NCBI GenBank assembly: GCA_051599415.1
Contig: AP039690.1
Coordinates: forward strand, 1 to 64,000
Direction: 5' to 3'
Origin: Savitreella phatthalungensis
Taxonomy: Eukaryota
Length of the DNA stretch: 64,000 nucleotides
Under the pieces are notes generated by a model that ran no database searches, was not told where the DNA came from, and saw nothing but the letters and a program-made list of their open reading frames with translations. Position 1 is the stretch's first letter, and every line of letters starts with the position of its first letter. Made by a program: the position numbers and the translations under genes. Positions 48,681 through 59,246 of the stretch are shown here, in pieces.

Positions 48681-51626
48681 CTAGGAAGGATGCTGTCCAC
48701 TCGCAGGCCGATTGCCAAACAACTTGCCTAGCGATGTCGCTGCATTCTGACCGAACGCTCTTAGTTTCTCCTGGTGAGGAGCGATGGTGGCTGATGGTGG
48801 ATTGTCGTTGTTGGTGTTTGGGATGCCGAGGCCTAGACCGAGGTTGAACCTGTTGGCGATCTCGGCTGAGGCTCTGGCAAGTCTGCCTGAGTTGTCGGTG
48901 TCCTTGTCTCTCGGCTGGACGGCCGACGTCGCGGGAAAATAACTCCCACCAATGCCAACCGTCGGAGACACCAATCCTCCACCACCACTCAGCATCGGCG
49001 TAGCCGCACCCAGACCAAACAGTCCAGGCGACGCGGGACCGCCGCGTAGCAGATCAGGCGAGCGCACGACGCCATCGAGGGATAGGCCACCGTTGGTAGG
49101 CTGGGAACGCTGCCAAGCGGGGCTGCGAGGAGAAGCTAGGGGTCCCTTGTCCGGCTGTGGTGTTCTTGGCGATTGGTAGGGTAGGTTGATGTTGAGTTGG
49201 GGATGCTGTGTGGAGGACTGGGGGATTCCCGTGTTATGGCGCGTGACCGGGAGGGATGCACTGCCTGTGCGTTGATGGGACGATGTGGTCGCGCCACCAA
49301 GCCCAAACTGGTCGCGGAAGAAGGCACTGGGATCAAGTTTGCGGTCGTAGGAGTCCGATGATGTGGACACGCCGTTGCTGGAAGATCCAGTCAGAGAGAC
49401 TTTTGCCAGCCACGCACAGCGTTCTTGTAATGGCTGCTGTTTTTGGGCGGCCGCATTCTTCCGCACGATCGCCGTCGCACTCTCCTCGTCAGACATGCTT
49501 GTCCGGACTGCATCCTGCCCGTTCTCCAGCTGGGTCTGTGCGAGCTCTTTCTGCTTCTCCTCCGCCGCCAGACGATCGCGGTCGTGTTGCTGGACGGCTT
49601 CGTTGAAACGTCCTACCATACTGGATTGTAAATGTCGGGGAACGCCCTTAATGTCAAGAAGTTTGGAAAAGTTGACGACCGATCGATCGCCTACGAGGAA
49701 TAGGTAGTTCTGGATCATGCCCTGAATGTGCTGTGTGCTCCCAAGCAACAGCTTCAAAAAGACTTCGACATGGCCGACTTGGCGATTGACGAGGCGGGTG
49801 AAGTTTTGTGAAGCTTCGCTTCCGGCGAGATTGAGAAGAGCAGCCTTGATCGCATGGATATCGAGCATGAGTTGCTCAGCTGTGACCTCGCTCACCGGAC
49901 GACACTTGGTTGCGACCGCATTCAAGAAAGCCGTGACGAAGTTCTCGACAACGCGATCGCAGTACGCTCGGACGAACTTGTCGCGATTCAGGTTGTGGAG
50001 GACGCGCTTACCCTCTCGCAGGAGACCGGCAACCACCACTGCCACGTAAGGAGATTGGTCTCGGACTTCATCGAGTTCCTGCCAGTTCACCTTGGAGATC
50101 TCCTGCAAGCCGAGCTGCACCACACGATCGAGGTGCTGGACGAGCAGCGACAATGACTTGCTCATAGTGGACTGGAAGCTCTGCGCTTGAGGCTCGAACG
50201 ATATGCGCTCGACGAATGCGGATGCGATCGTGTTCTTCACACGCTCCTCGAGCTGTTGTGTAGTGGTCGCGCAGTAGTCCGCGGTTCGTAGGATCATGAT
50301 GATCTCCTCGACTGTGACGACTTGGCTCTGGTACTTTGCCTCTAGTACTTGACTGCAGTAGATGTTGAGATACTTTGCCATGACCCGGGCAAAGTCTGCT
50401 AGTGGCTGCCCATTGCTCAGTTGTGCACAGGCTTCGAGCTGGTTTAGGTAAAAATAGAACAAATCGGCAGATGAAGGCAAGACCTCCTCGTCCATGGCTG
50501 GCCATTTCTGCGTCTTGTATCCCTGTAGCATGCCAGCCAGTGTACGATCCTGTTGGTCGACGAATACCCCGAGATACGGTTCGAAAGCATCGCTCAGCTT
50601 CGGTATCCGCTGGTCGCTAGTCTTGTCAGCGAGCCAGCGCTCGAAGTCCGCAGTCTCATGCAATGCCTGTAGCATGATCTTGATATCGGGTGGGTGGGTT
50701 GCAAGGGTATCAGCGAGATCTTCCTTGGTCCCTTGCGCCGCGGCTGCAACTAGCTGATCTAGCATCCGCCAACTCTCTGGGAAGACCTTGCTGTGTTCCA
50801 AGTCGAACTGCTTGAGGATGCGCTTCAGCCAAGCATACCTCCGTGAGATGTTATCCAAAGAAGCCGCTTCCTCCGATGCTCTGAACACTCCTCTGTATTC
50901 TCTCAGCTGCGCATTTATGTACCAGGTCGTGATCCGCTCCCTCGGACCGTCGCCGAGCACATCGACAAGCTGACACGCCTGTGAGAGCAGGCCAGTCGTG
51001 CTCGACGAGAGCCCTTCTGAGAAACACGTCTCGAACTCGCTCGACACGTTCTCCAGCAGCTGTCTCTGCAAGTCAGCAACGCTCTGTGAAAGTGTAGCGA
51101 TCTGCGGCACGGATCTGTAAGACCGGAAGTGTGACATGAGCTGTATGACTGCAGATAGCAGGGATGCCGCTTCGCCGTACTTTTTGCTGCGAGACAGTTT
51201 CTGGAGCTGGAAGATCGCGGTGCTCAGCATCTGTAGCCGCTTGACGAGGGTGATGGTTGCGGTGAGGTTGCGCTTGGCAGTGTCTAGACTTGCAATCGGA
51301 CCTGTCATCGCCGTCGTGCGGGACTCGACTTCTCGTGCTCGAGCACGGAGTGCCTCCAGCTTCGCCGCGAGATCATGCGCTGATTGCCGTAGCCGCTCTA
51401 TCTCTGCTGTTCTTTCCTGCCGCCGCTTCGTGCCAGACAACTGCAAGGCATGAAGCTCGCGGGCAAGCTGCAGATCATGTCTCTCAATCCTGCCTATGAC
51501 GCGAGGAGCTAGCTCCCACGCTGTATCTGTATCAAACAGAGCATCGAGCGCGTCTACCACATCAAAATCGCCTGAGCCGAGTGGTGCTGGGGGACGCGGC
51601 TCCGGCGTTTGTGTGGCTCTTTCCAT
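48681..51626 (-). CDS. VPS53: GARP complex subunit Vps53
   Basis: LDTAKRNLTATIT..KRLQML, FRSYRSVPQI, SLDNISRRYAWLKR, VLPSSADLF and AEQLMLD. Confidence 0.93.
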   Translation of the reverse strand: MERATQTPEPRPPAPLGSGDFDVVDALDALFDTDTAWELAPRVIGRIERHDLQLARELHALQLSGTKRRQERTAEIERLRQSAHDLAAKLEALRARAREVESRTTAMTGPIASLDTAKRNLTATITLVKRLQMLSTAIFQLQKLSRSKKYGEAASLLSAVIQLMSHFRSYRSVPQIATLSQSVADLQRQLLENVSSEFETCFSEGLSSSTTGLLSQACQLVDVLGDGPRERITTWYINAQLREYRGVFRASEEAASLDNISRRYAWLKRILKQFDLEHSKVFPESWRMLDQLVAAAAQGTKEDLADTLATHPPDIKIMLQALHETADFERWLADKTSDQRIPKLSDAFEPYLGVFVDQQDRTLAGMLQGYKTQKWPAMDEEVLPSSADLFYFYLNQLEACAQLSNGQPLADFARVMAKYLNIYCSQVLEAKYQSQVVTVEEIIMILRTADYCATTTQQLEERVKNTIASAFVERISFEPQAQSFQSTMSKSLSLLVQHLDRVVQLGLQEISKVNWQELDEVRDQSPYVAVVVAGLLREGKRVLHNLNRDKFVRAYCDRVVENFVTAFLNAVATKCRPVSEVTAEQLMLDIHAIKAALLNLAGSEASQNFTRLVNRQVGHVEVFLKLLLGSTQHIQGMIQNYLFLVGDRSVVNFSKLLDIKGVPRHLQSSMVGRFNEAVQQHDRDRLAAEEKQKELAQTQLENGQDAVRTSMSDEESATAIVRKNAAAQKQQPLQERCAWLAKVSLTGSSSNGVSTSSDSYDRKLDPSAFFRDQFGLGGATTSSHQRTGSASLPVTRHNTGIPQSSTQHPQLNINLPYQSPRTPQPDKGPLASPRSPAWQRSQPTNGGLSLDGVVRSPDLLRGGPASPGLFGLGAATPMLSGGGGLVSPTVGIGGSYFPATSAVQPRDKDTDNSGRLARASAEIANRFNLGLGLGIPNTNNDNPPSATIAPHQEKLRAFGQNAATSLGKLFGNRPASGQHPS

Positions 51627-51996
51627 GGCTTATTCGATGAGTTCTGCAGCCATATCGCTTGATGACCCTACAGCGGACCCTCTACCTGAGCTTGCCTGCG
51701 GCTGCCTAGAGCTCTCTTTGACCGAGTTGACCTTCCTCGCTACGTGAAAGTCGACGTGCGCGATATGTTGTGGGTCACCACAGGAATTGTGATCTCATAA
51801 CATTTTGATCAAATTTCTTAGCTACACGGATGCAATGCAGGAGCACCTTTTACGGCAGACCGTGTATACTATTGCGGAAGAGCTTCTCTCTTCGAGTCAC
51901 AGGTGATATGAAGCAGGCTAAAATACGTTCATCGTCATACAGCTGTCTATGTCTATATATTGTAGATTGTTGCGTTGGTCTGAAGGGATCTCTTAC

Positions 51997-52950
51997 TCAT
52001 TTGGCCGCCTGTTTTACGTCTGGAATTTCGACACCGGGACTTGCTCCGACGGCTGTGGCAACCTTTGAGTAGAGCAAGAATTGTCCAGAGACTAGGAACA
52101 TGGTCATCACAAGCCTAGGCCCTAGACCTGTGACAAGCAGACGCTTAGGACCGAACTCGGTTGCGAGCGTGAAAAGCTTTGTTGTGGCGGACTGGTTCGG
52201 GTCGCCTGCGCCCTTGTTGATGGCAGAGAGCAAGGTGTCCGCCGGGTGAGAGAGAATGGCTGCAGCAGCACCTGCTATCAAACCGCCCACGAGCTCGATT
52301 CCAGTCGACTGAAGAGTCGATAATTGAGCTCGGCGCTCGGGACTGATGAGTGAGCCGTATACATATGCCTTGTAAGCGTCCATCACGCAGAACTGGCCGA
52401 CTGCGTAAGGGACCTGTTTTGCGACGAGCGGAGTGAAGCCTGAGTAGAATCCACGCATGCCCTCTTCCCGAGCTAGCCGGAGAAATCCTGTCGTGAGTCC
52501 CGTTGCATAGCCCCTCTGTGAGACGAGGCGGATGCGAGTGGCTTCGAGTGGACATAGTGCAATGTCTGCGATGAATTCTGCCAAGGCTGCAGTTCCAAGG
52601 TAGATGGCAGTACGGTGATGTGCAGCTTGTTCAAGGCCTCCACTGTATTCGACTGCTTTTGCTCTGAAGACTGCGAGACAACTGAATTTCAGACCACCTT
52701 GGACGAGGTAGCCAGCTGCTGTTGGGCCGAAGCCCGTCATGAGGCCCTTGGTCCCTTGTTCGGCGATGATTTTCCGACCTGCAGCGACCATGTTGAGCCC
52801 TTTGAAGCTGTTGTCGACTTGGATGGTGGTCTTGACAACATCGATCGGCGTAGCTGCGCCGTGAGTGAGGGTGCATGCGAGTCCACCTGCCACGAAGAGT
52901 TTTGTGAAGTCCCCGAATGAGACGCCATTAGCTGCCTCAGCTTTCGACAT
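51997..52950 (-). CDS. MIR1: Mitochondrial phosphate carrier (SLC25A3-type)
   Basis: THGAATPIDVVKT, GYLVQGGLKF, AEFIADIALCPLEATRIRLVS and SHPADTLLS carrier signatures. ATG at 52950. MIR1 versus a paralog is not certain. Confidence 0.85.
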   Translation of the reverse strand: MSKAEAANGVSFGDFTKLFVAGGLACTLTHGAATPIDVVKTTIQVDNSFKGLNMVAAGRKIIAEQGTKGLMTGFGPTAAGYLVQGGLKFSCLAVFRAKAVEYSGGLEQAAHHRTAIYLGTAALAEFIADIALCPLEATRIRLVSQRGYATGLTTGFLRLAREEGMRGFYSGFTPLVAKQVPYAVGQFCVMDAYKAYVYGSLISPERRAQLSTLQSTGIELVGGLIAGAAAAILSHPADTLLSAINKGAGDPNQSATTKLFTLATEFGPKRLLVTGLGPRLVMTMFLVSGQFLLYSKVATAVGASPGVEIPDVKQAAK

Positions 52951-54591
52951 GGTGAATATGTGGGCGAGTGAAGAGCGAAGATGTCGTTGGGTTGAGGGCG
53001 ATAAGGGAGTGAGACTTGGAAGGGTCAAGGATATTCCTGAATGTGTTTGGTGTGATGGCTAGTAGAGATGGGACAGATGTCTGTGAAGCTGATGAAGTTG
53101 GTGTTGATGCTGCTGGAGTGAGTGTCTGTACTCGATTGAGCTTCGACTATTCTTTCTCCTGCAACGCTGTCGTCTGCCCCAGGCTTGACTGAAGTGAACG
53201 GTAGAGTGTCTTGCGCTGGACTGTGCCGGACTGTAATGTGCTGTACCGAGTGATTGATCGGTCGATGCCGCGGCTTTTGCGTCACTGCGTCATTTCCATA
53301 TTTCCCCCTTCATATCTCACTCTCGCCAATGCAGTACGTAAATTATTTGAAATTTGGCTCTGGATGCAGTCATTTCTCATCTTGAAGTTGATCAATTCCA
53401 AATCTTCGGAGAAATTTATCTTCCTTGATTCCGATTCATGCTCGGTAAATTCAACCTTCCGAGAAAGAAAAAAGAAAAAACGGAACTCAATTTGGCTTGA
53501 CCCATCCACTTCTGACTTGAAAGAGTATACTGTTGACATATGCACGTGCTGATGATGGGTGTCTGCGATGAACGGATGCATCATGTAGAATGCGCATGAG
53601 TAAACGGCGTGGCGATTTCCTAGGCGAATTTGTTCTCGTCATATTACGCTTTGCTGCCACAGAAGCGAGAGTTACATCATAGGAGAGATTGGCAATGACA
53701 ATGAAATGCGATTGAGTCAACTGATGGGTCGAATATCGGCTTCAATACTTACACTGTCATTGCAACAATGTCTGTGCAAAGGCACATGCACGAGTGTACC
53801 CATTGATTAGTCCACAGAAATCCGTCAGGTGAACTTCAAGGAATCGAATTGTTATGTCTTCATACTTTCTGCATCTCACGCATGCTCCTAGAGTTCGCGA
53901 TTGAACCTGTACTCATTCGACACACGCACACGTGCAGCTTTGCGCATAAAAGAGCAGTCAATGTGACCAGCTCATGTCAGACACGCTGCAGCTTGGCACA
54001 GGTGGTTGAGTGGAGACCGATGGCAACAACAACAGTACAACGACGTTGGTGCTGATCTCATCGAAAGCCAGCTCTGCCAAAGTGATCTCTTCTCGGTCTG
54101 CTTCCTCGTTCTTAAAACCTTGATTGATCGTCTTTATGCAAAAAGGCTGTGCTCGCCTACAGCCGCGGACCGTTATCTAGACAGCATACTGCTTGTGATG
54201 ATAATCCTGTAAGTCAAGTACAAGACAGACGCCACTGAGTTCATCAAACAAATTACCCTCGTGATGGTCACTGCTTCTGCTTCACATTCACAAATTCCAT
54301 CATGACCAACAAACACGTCGGCGAGCAAGTCAGAAAAGCCGTGCTTGACTCTACTAAGAGTGGCAATTTCCAAGGCTCTGGGTCTCGGAGGATAAAATCG
54401 CGAAATTCCCGAAAATAACACCCACAAATTCGACCTCCCGTGCGTCTGACTTTGAACCAATGCACAGAAGGAAATCACAAACCAAACAAGTTTAGATGCA
54501 CAGAGATATCACTCGATCACATACACACGTACAACCCCTTTCTCGCAGGGGATAAAGTTCTCACCCGTATACGCGCGCGGCGCTGCTGTCC

Positions 54592-55161
54592 ATGTCAAGA
54601 GGTAGAGACGACTACAGTAGGCGACGGTCTCCAGATTCGGTCTCGGGTGCAGCTCGCATCACTCGCGAGCCACCACGTGCGCCGCAAGGTAAGGAGGAAC
54701 CGACAGGTGCAGACACCGCTGCTCAAGTCGCCGCCCTCGTTCAGCACTACAAGAAAAGTGGAAAGTTTGATCAGCTTCGTCGACAGATACTCCGTGATTG
54801 GGAAGCTTCATCTGCTGGTCAAGACTTCCACAACCGTCTCAAGGAACAGGTCGAGCGCCAACTGCCACTGATCAACCAGGCTTCGGCCACGTCTGCCGGT
54901 ACATCTGGAAGGGGAGCTGCCGCGACGTCTGCCGCTGCTGCTGCCGCTGCAGCTTCACAGACAGATCGAGCGAAGCGTGCGGCTGCGCTCAATGCCGCTC
55001 TCGACAACTCCACAATCTACAAGGACGTGGCGAAACAGGCGCGACTCGACATCTTCGACTCCCCTGAATTCCGGAAACCAATCGAAACCGTTCTGCGGGA
55101 GAAATCAACCCGGGAGAACGCATCGAAACCACCGTCCACAACGACATTGACAACGGCTTGA
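54592..55161 (+). CDS. BOD1/Shg1-domain protein (COMPASS-associated)
   Basis: LVQHYKKSGKFDQLRRQIL matches the BOD1/Shg1 signature (K.G.FD..R). Confidence 0.7.
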   Translation: MSRGRDDYSRRRSPDSVSGAARITREPPRAPQGKEEPTGADTAAQVAALVQHYKKSGKFDQLRRQILRDWEASSAGQDFHNRLKEQVERQLPLINQASATSAGTSGRGAAATSAAAAAAAASQTDRAKRAAALNAALDNSTIYKDVAKQARLDIFDSPEFRKPIETVLREKSTRENASKPPSTTTLTTA

Positions 55162-55192
55162 ACTCATTTCGAACTGATGCTCTACCTAGATC

Positions 55193-57304
55193 TCACTTAT
55201 CGGCCTCCTTTGTCTGCCAGTCCGGCTCAATGTCAGGATCGAATCCATCGTACGGCTTGTCCGAAAGCCGGTCCTCGATCCATCCCATCACGCCCTCGTA
55301 CCACGCTCTCGTGTCCTTGGGTTTCATGATCCAGTGGTTTTCGTCTCTGAAGACTAGCAATCTGGATTTGATGCCTTGCCTCTGAAGAGCTGTGAACATG
55401 CCGAGAGACTCGTGGATCGGTACGCGGTAGTCACGTTCTCCGTGGATCACGAGCATCGGCGTCTTCCAGTTCTCGAGGTATCGAGAAGGTGAGAAGCGCT
55501 CGTACTGGGAGGTCGCCACGTCCTTGTCCCACGGCTTGCCGCGCATGTCGTGCTCGGGGAAGTACAGCTCCTCTGTGGAGAAGTAGAACGACCTGATATC
55601 GAACATGCCGCAGTGGGAGACGAGGGTACGCATGCACCGCGATAGATGCTTACCTGCATACCATGCCTGAGCGAAACCACCCCAAGACGCTCCTGCAGAC
55701 ACGCACCTGTGCTTGTCGATGGCCGGATACTTCTCGAGCGCTGCGCGAAAAGCATAGAAGACGTCATCATACGGAACTGTACCATACTCACCGACAATCT
55801 CGTCCGTGTATTTCTGCCCACACCCTGTCGAGCCAGCCCGGTTGACCTGCAGTGTCATGAAACCGTCAGGCATTGAATCCGTCTCGTGCGATGACATGAC
55901 CAGCATGTTCCACCGTTTCGACCAGCTATGGCCAAGGCACGACTGCGGTCCGCCTCCTGTGATGACGATCAGCGGGTACTTTTTTGATGGGTCGTAGTTG
56001 CGTGGGAAGGTGACTGCGCACGGAATAGCACGACCTGCTCTGCGCGGAAAGAATTCCGCTACCATCTTCTCTGAGAGTCCCTGTGCCGGTTTTCGGAACA
56101 GCCACTCGACCGTCTGTGTTGCCACGCCGTCAGCACGCGCAGTGGGACGGCGTCTGATGGCATAGTGGCGATTGTACCAGAGCGAAGATCCAGAGAGAAG
56201 AATGTCGCCGTGAGTGGACACGCTCACTCCGTCGTCAGAGTCTCGATCTGGCTGCCGGATTGGAACGCACTCGCCTAGTGACTCGCCGTGGTGGAGCTTG
56301 ACCTCGAAGTAGTGAGACGACATGTTCACCTGAAGCTGCACATACACGCAGCTCGAGTCCGGACCCCATTCAGCACCGAGCACGGTGCAGTGTTCTGGCA
56401 AATCGACCTCGTGGGTCAATTTGGAAGTTGTGTGGTATATCATGAGGTGATTTCGCGCAGCCTCGTACTGCGGCTCGCGCATCTCGAGGAACAACAGGAA
56501 TTGCCCATCAGGAGAAAAGCGCGGATTGGACGTCGCACTTTTTGCGTTGTTTATCTTGGTCGGACCGTGGTCGTCGCCGGAGATGGAAGTGATGTAGACG
56601 TTCGAAGTCGTGTTGGTGGCTGCGTTGACATGCGGGTCTTTGGCCACGAAAGCAACGTGCGATCCGGAGAGCGAGTAATCGCCAGCATCCCCAAACGGCG
56701 CAATTGGACTCTCGAGTCCCGACTCGTGCAGTACATTGACTGGGTCGTCAAGTTCGAACACATCGTCATCACGCAGTTTAGGTCGAGCGACGAAGATGCT
56801 CTGCTTGCGATCCTTTGTGTCGACCCAGCTATCCCAGTGTCTAACCCATAGTTTGTCGTACTGTAGCACCCGAGGGTCTTCTCGCAAGCCATCGGCGTTG
56901 ACCATCGCTCCCGAGTCACCATGCACGAGCGCGGTCATACCGAGCAGGCCGGATTTGTGAAACCTGAGATTGCTTACCACACCATCGAATGCGTGGAGCT
57001 CTGTGGAAGACAGCTTACCAATGTGATACTTGTGAAGGCTCGTACGCTCTGCATCAGTGCGAAGGTAGAGAAACTGCTCGTCTGAGATCCACACGGGCTC
57101 ACTGATTTTGTCATCCTGCACTAGGTCACGCTCCTTGGGAGCTTCGCCGACTTCCATGATACAAATCGACTGGGAAGTCTTGTCCTGACCGATGTCATAC
57201 CTGGATCGCGTATACAATGCCAGAGTGCCAGCACCATTGATCGCAGCAGTCGATCTGTACTGCGTCTCAAGGAAGTCGAGGATACCATAGCGCTTAGTGG
57301 CCAT
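55193..57304 (-). CDS. DPP5: Prolyl oligopeptidase family S9 dipeptidyl peptidase V-like protein
   Basis: YDKLWVRHWD, GGPQ..W..RWN, GASWGG nucleophile, HGERDYRVP and DENHW. An alternative in-frame ATG lies at 57400. Confidence 0.85.
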   Translation of the reverse strand: MATKRYGILDFLETQYRSTAAINGAGTLALYTRSRYDIGQDKTSQSICIMEVGEAPKERDLVQDDKISEPVWISDEQFLYLRTDAERTSLHKYHIGKLSSTELHAFDGVVSNLRFHKSGLLGMTALVHGDSGAMVNADGLREDPRVLQYDKLWVRHWDSWVDTKDRKQSIFVARPKLRDDDVFELDDPVNVLHESGLESPIAPFGDAGDYSLSGSHVAFVAKDPHVNAATNTTSNVYITSISGDDHGPTKINNAKSATSNPRFSPDGQFLLFLEMREPQYEAARNHLMIYHTTSKLTHEVDLPEHCTVLGAEWGPDSSCVYVQLQVNMSSHYFEVKLHHGESLGECVPIRQPDRDSDDGVSVSTHGDILLSGSSLWYNRHYAIRRRPTARADGVATQTVEWLFRKPAQGLSEKMVAEFFPRRAGRAIPCAVTFPRNYDPSKKYPLIVITGGGPQSCLGHSWSKRWNMLVMSSHETDSMPDGFMTLQVNRAGSTGCGQKYTDEIVGEYGTVPYDDVFYAFRAALEKYPAIDKHRCVSAGASWGGFAQAWYAGKHLSRCMRTLVSHCGMFDIRSFYFSTEELYFPEHDMRGKPWDKDVATSQYERFSPSRYLENWKTPMLVIHGERDYRVPIHESLGMFTALQRQGIKSRLLVFRDENHWIMKPKDTRAWYEGVMGWIEDRLSDKPYDGFDPDIEPDWQTKEADK

Positions 57305-57933
57305 GTCTGCAAGTGAGCGAGTATGCCTAAAAGATCGAGTCTTGATGAGCAGTGGATGTGATACGGTTATTCGAGTTGCAGTCACAGCTCTAGCGATCAT
57401 GCAAGAGTTTGAGCAGTGATAGAGATCAAAATCACCAGGATAATGATCACTTGATGCTTCTTTTATGCCTCTGCCTCGGATTCGCCGCAATGGTGAATGC
57501 TACAGATGATAGCAACGATGTCATGACGTTGAAGGGTAGCGGAGGATAGGAGTGTGTGCGCGTGGGGGATCGATTGGAGTGGAGCCGTAGCTGTTACATG
57601 CCCATGCAAGTCTATTGGGCACGGGATTTGTACACGTACGTATGCATGATCAATCAATCTCATACCTGCGCGTGCATCTGTCAATATAATCTTCAAAGAT
57701 CAAACTCATCTCGAACTTTAATCCCTCAAATGTCACAAGTATCATCACACTTGGGACACGGTCACTCTTCCTTACTCACTCATCCGACTTCACACTCTCC
57801 CTCCATTGGAAGCTCATCTCTGTCCTTCATCTAGAGCGGTCGTCACGTCTGTTTGTGCTGGAATTACTTCCAAATAGCAGCGCTTGGGTGGCTGATAGAT
57901 CTTTCACATAAGGACATCTCTGCGTTTACCGTC

Positions 57934-58503
57934 ATGGACCACAGCGCTCATATGATGGCTTCAGGTATGGATCATACAATGCCAGGTCACACGATGCCCG
58001 GCCACACGATGCCTGGACACACGATGCCTGGACACACGATGCCTGACAGCGGCGGACTTTGCTCAATGGCTATGACCTTGAATGCTCAAATTGATGGGGT
58101 CTGTATTCTCACCCAGTCCTGGCGCACCAATGGTGGATGGTCCATGCTGCGCGCATGTATCGTCGTCGCATTCGCTGCAGTCGCATTTGAGTGGATCCGA
58201 GAAATGACACGCAGATTCGAGCTCGGCGCAATGTCAACAAGTGTCCGACTGCCTTCAAGTCGGAGTGCATCTCCAGTCCCATCCTCTGACGTGGCCATGC
58301 GTGCCTCGACACGTAAGCGTCGTCACCTGATACGCACAGCACTGTATGCGGTTCAAGTCGCCATCAGTTTCACCCTCATGCTCGTCTTCATGACCTTCAA
58401 TATCTACGTCATGGCGGCCGTTGTCGTTGGTAGTGCCATGGGCTTCTACTTCTTCAATACGGATCCAGCAGGCGTCAGTGGCAAGACGATGGTGTGTCAC
58501 TGA
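57934..58503 (+). CDS. Ctr-family copper transporter (Ctr2-like)
   Basis: Met/His-rich N-terminus, CSMAM, MLVFM (MxxxM) in TM2, GSAMG (GxxxG) in TM3, and C-terminal VCH. Confidence 0.88.
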   Translation: MDHSAHMMASGMDHTMPGHTMPGHTMPGHTMPGHTMPDSGGLCSMAMTLNAQIDGVCILTQSWRTNGGWSMLRACIVVAFAAVAFEWIREMTRRFELGAMSTSVRLPSSRSASPVPSSDVAMRASTRKRRHLIRTALYAVQVAISFTLMLVFMTFNIYVMAAVVVGSAMGFYFFNTDPAGVSGKTMVCH

Positions 58504-59246
58504 ATATTCAGTTTGCACACAGCTTGCCTGAGACCACTCTCAAGAAACTTTGATGCCAAACTTGGAGAGATAACCCGAGATGAATGCTATGAAGATGATT
58601 TCTCATTACATTAAGCTGTGACGAGCCTTGCCCGAATGGGAACGTTCCCAAGCTGTTGACGAATGACGCATTTGTCCTCGTGCGCTGCCCTATTGGCTTC
58701 AGCAAGACCTGCGGGTTGGACGATACAACGACACTTTGAGTGACTAATCTCTCGTGGAATCTGGTCAGCGACATTCCTGTTTCACGCGTCACAGGCTTTT
58801 CCCCAAAGTCGCTCGAGATGCGCGAGGTCATGCACATTACACAATGATGCTCTATATGGTCAAGTCAACGACGATCCCTCCACAGTCCATCTCTCTCGCT
58901 CAACTATCTGATTCCCTAATCGTCCACGCACGCGCCTATCAAGCCACGCATATGCACGCTTGCGTTTGCTCACCGATGTCGGCTATGGTCTGCTCGTACC
59001 TCACGTCCGACATCTCGCCCGCGGATCACTCCCGGACCGGGTCGCGCCGTGCCGCGGCTTCGCATGAGATCCTGCAGACACATCGCAATCTCTCTGCGCC
59101 GCACGACAGGAGCGATTGCTTTGTACGCCAGATAGAAGTCTCCCGCTACCAGGGTCGTTCATACTATGATCAACGAGGCACGGTGAGCGAAAACATAGAA
59201 AGCAGGACAGTGGCCAAACATAGGGAGGAGAGGAGAGTCTCAGAGC

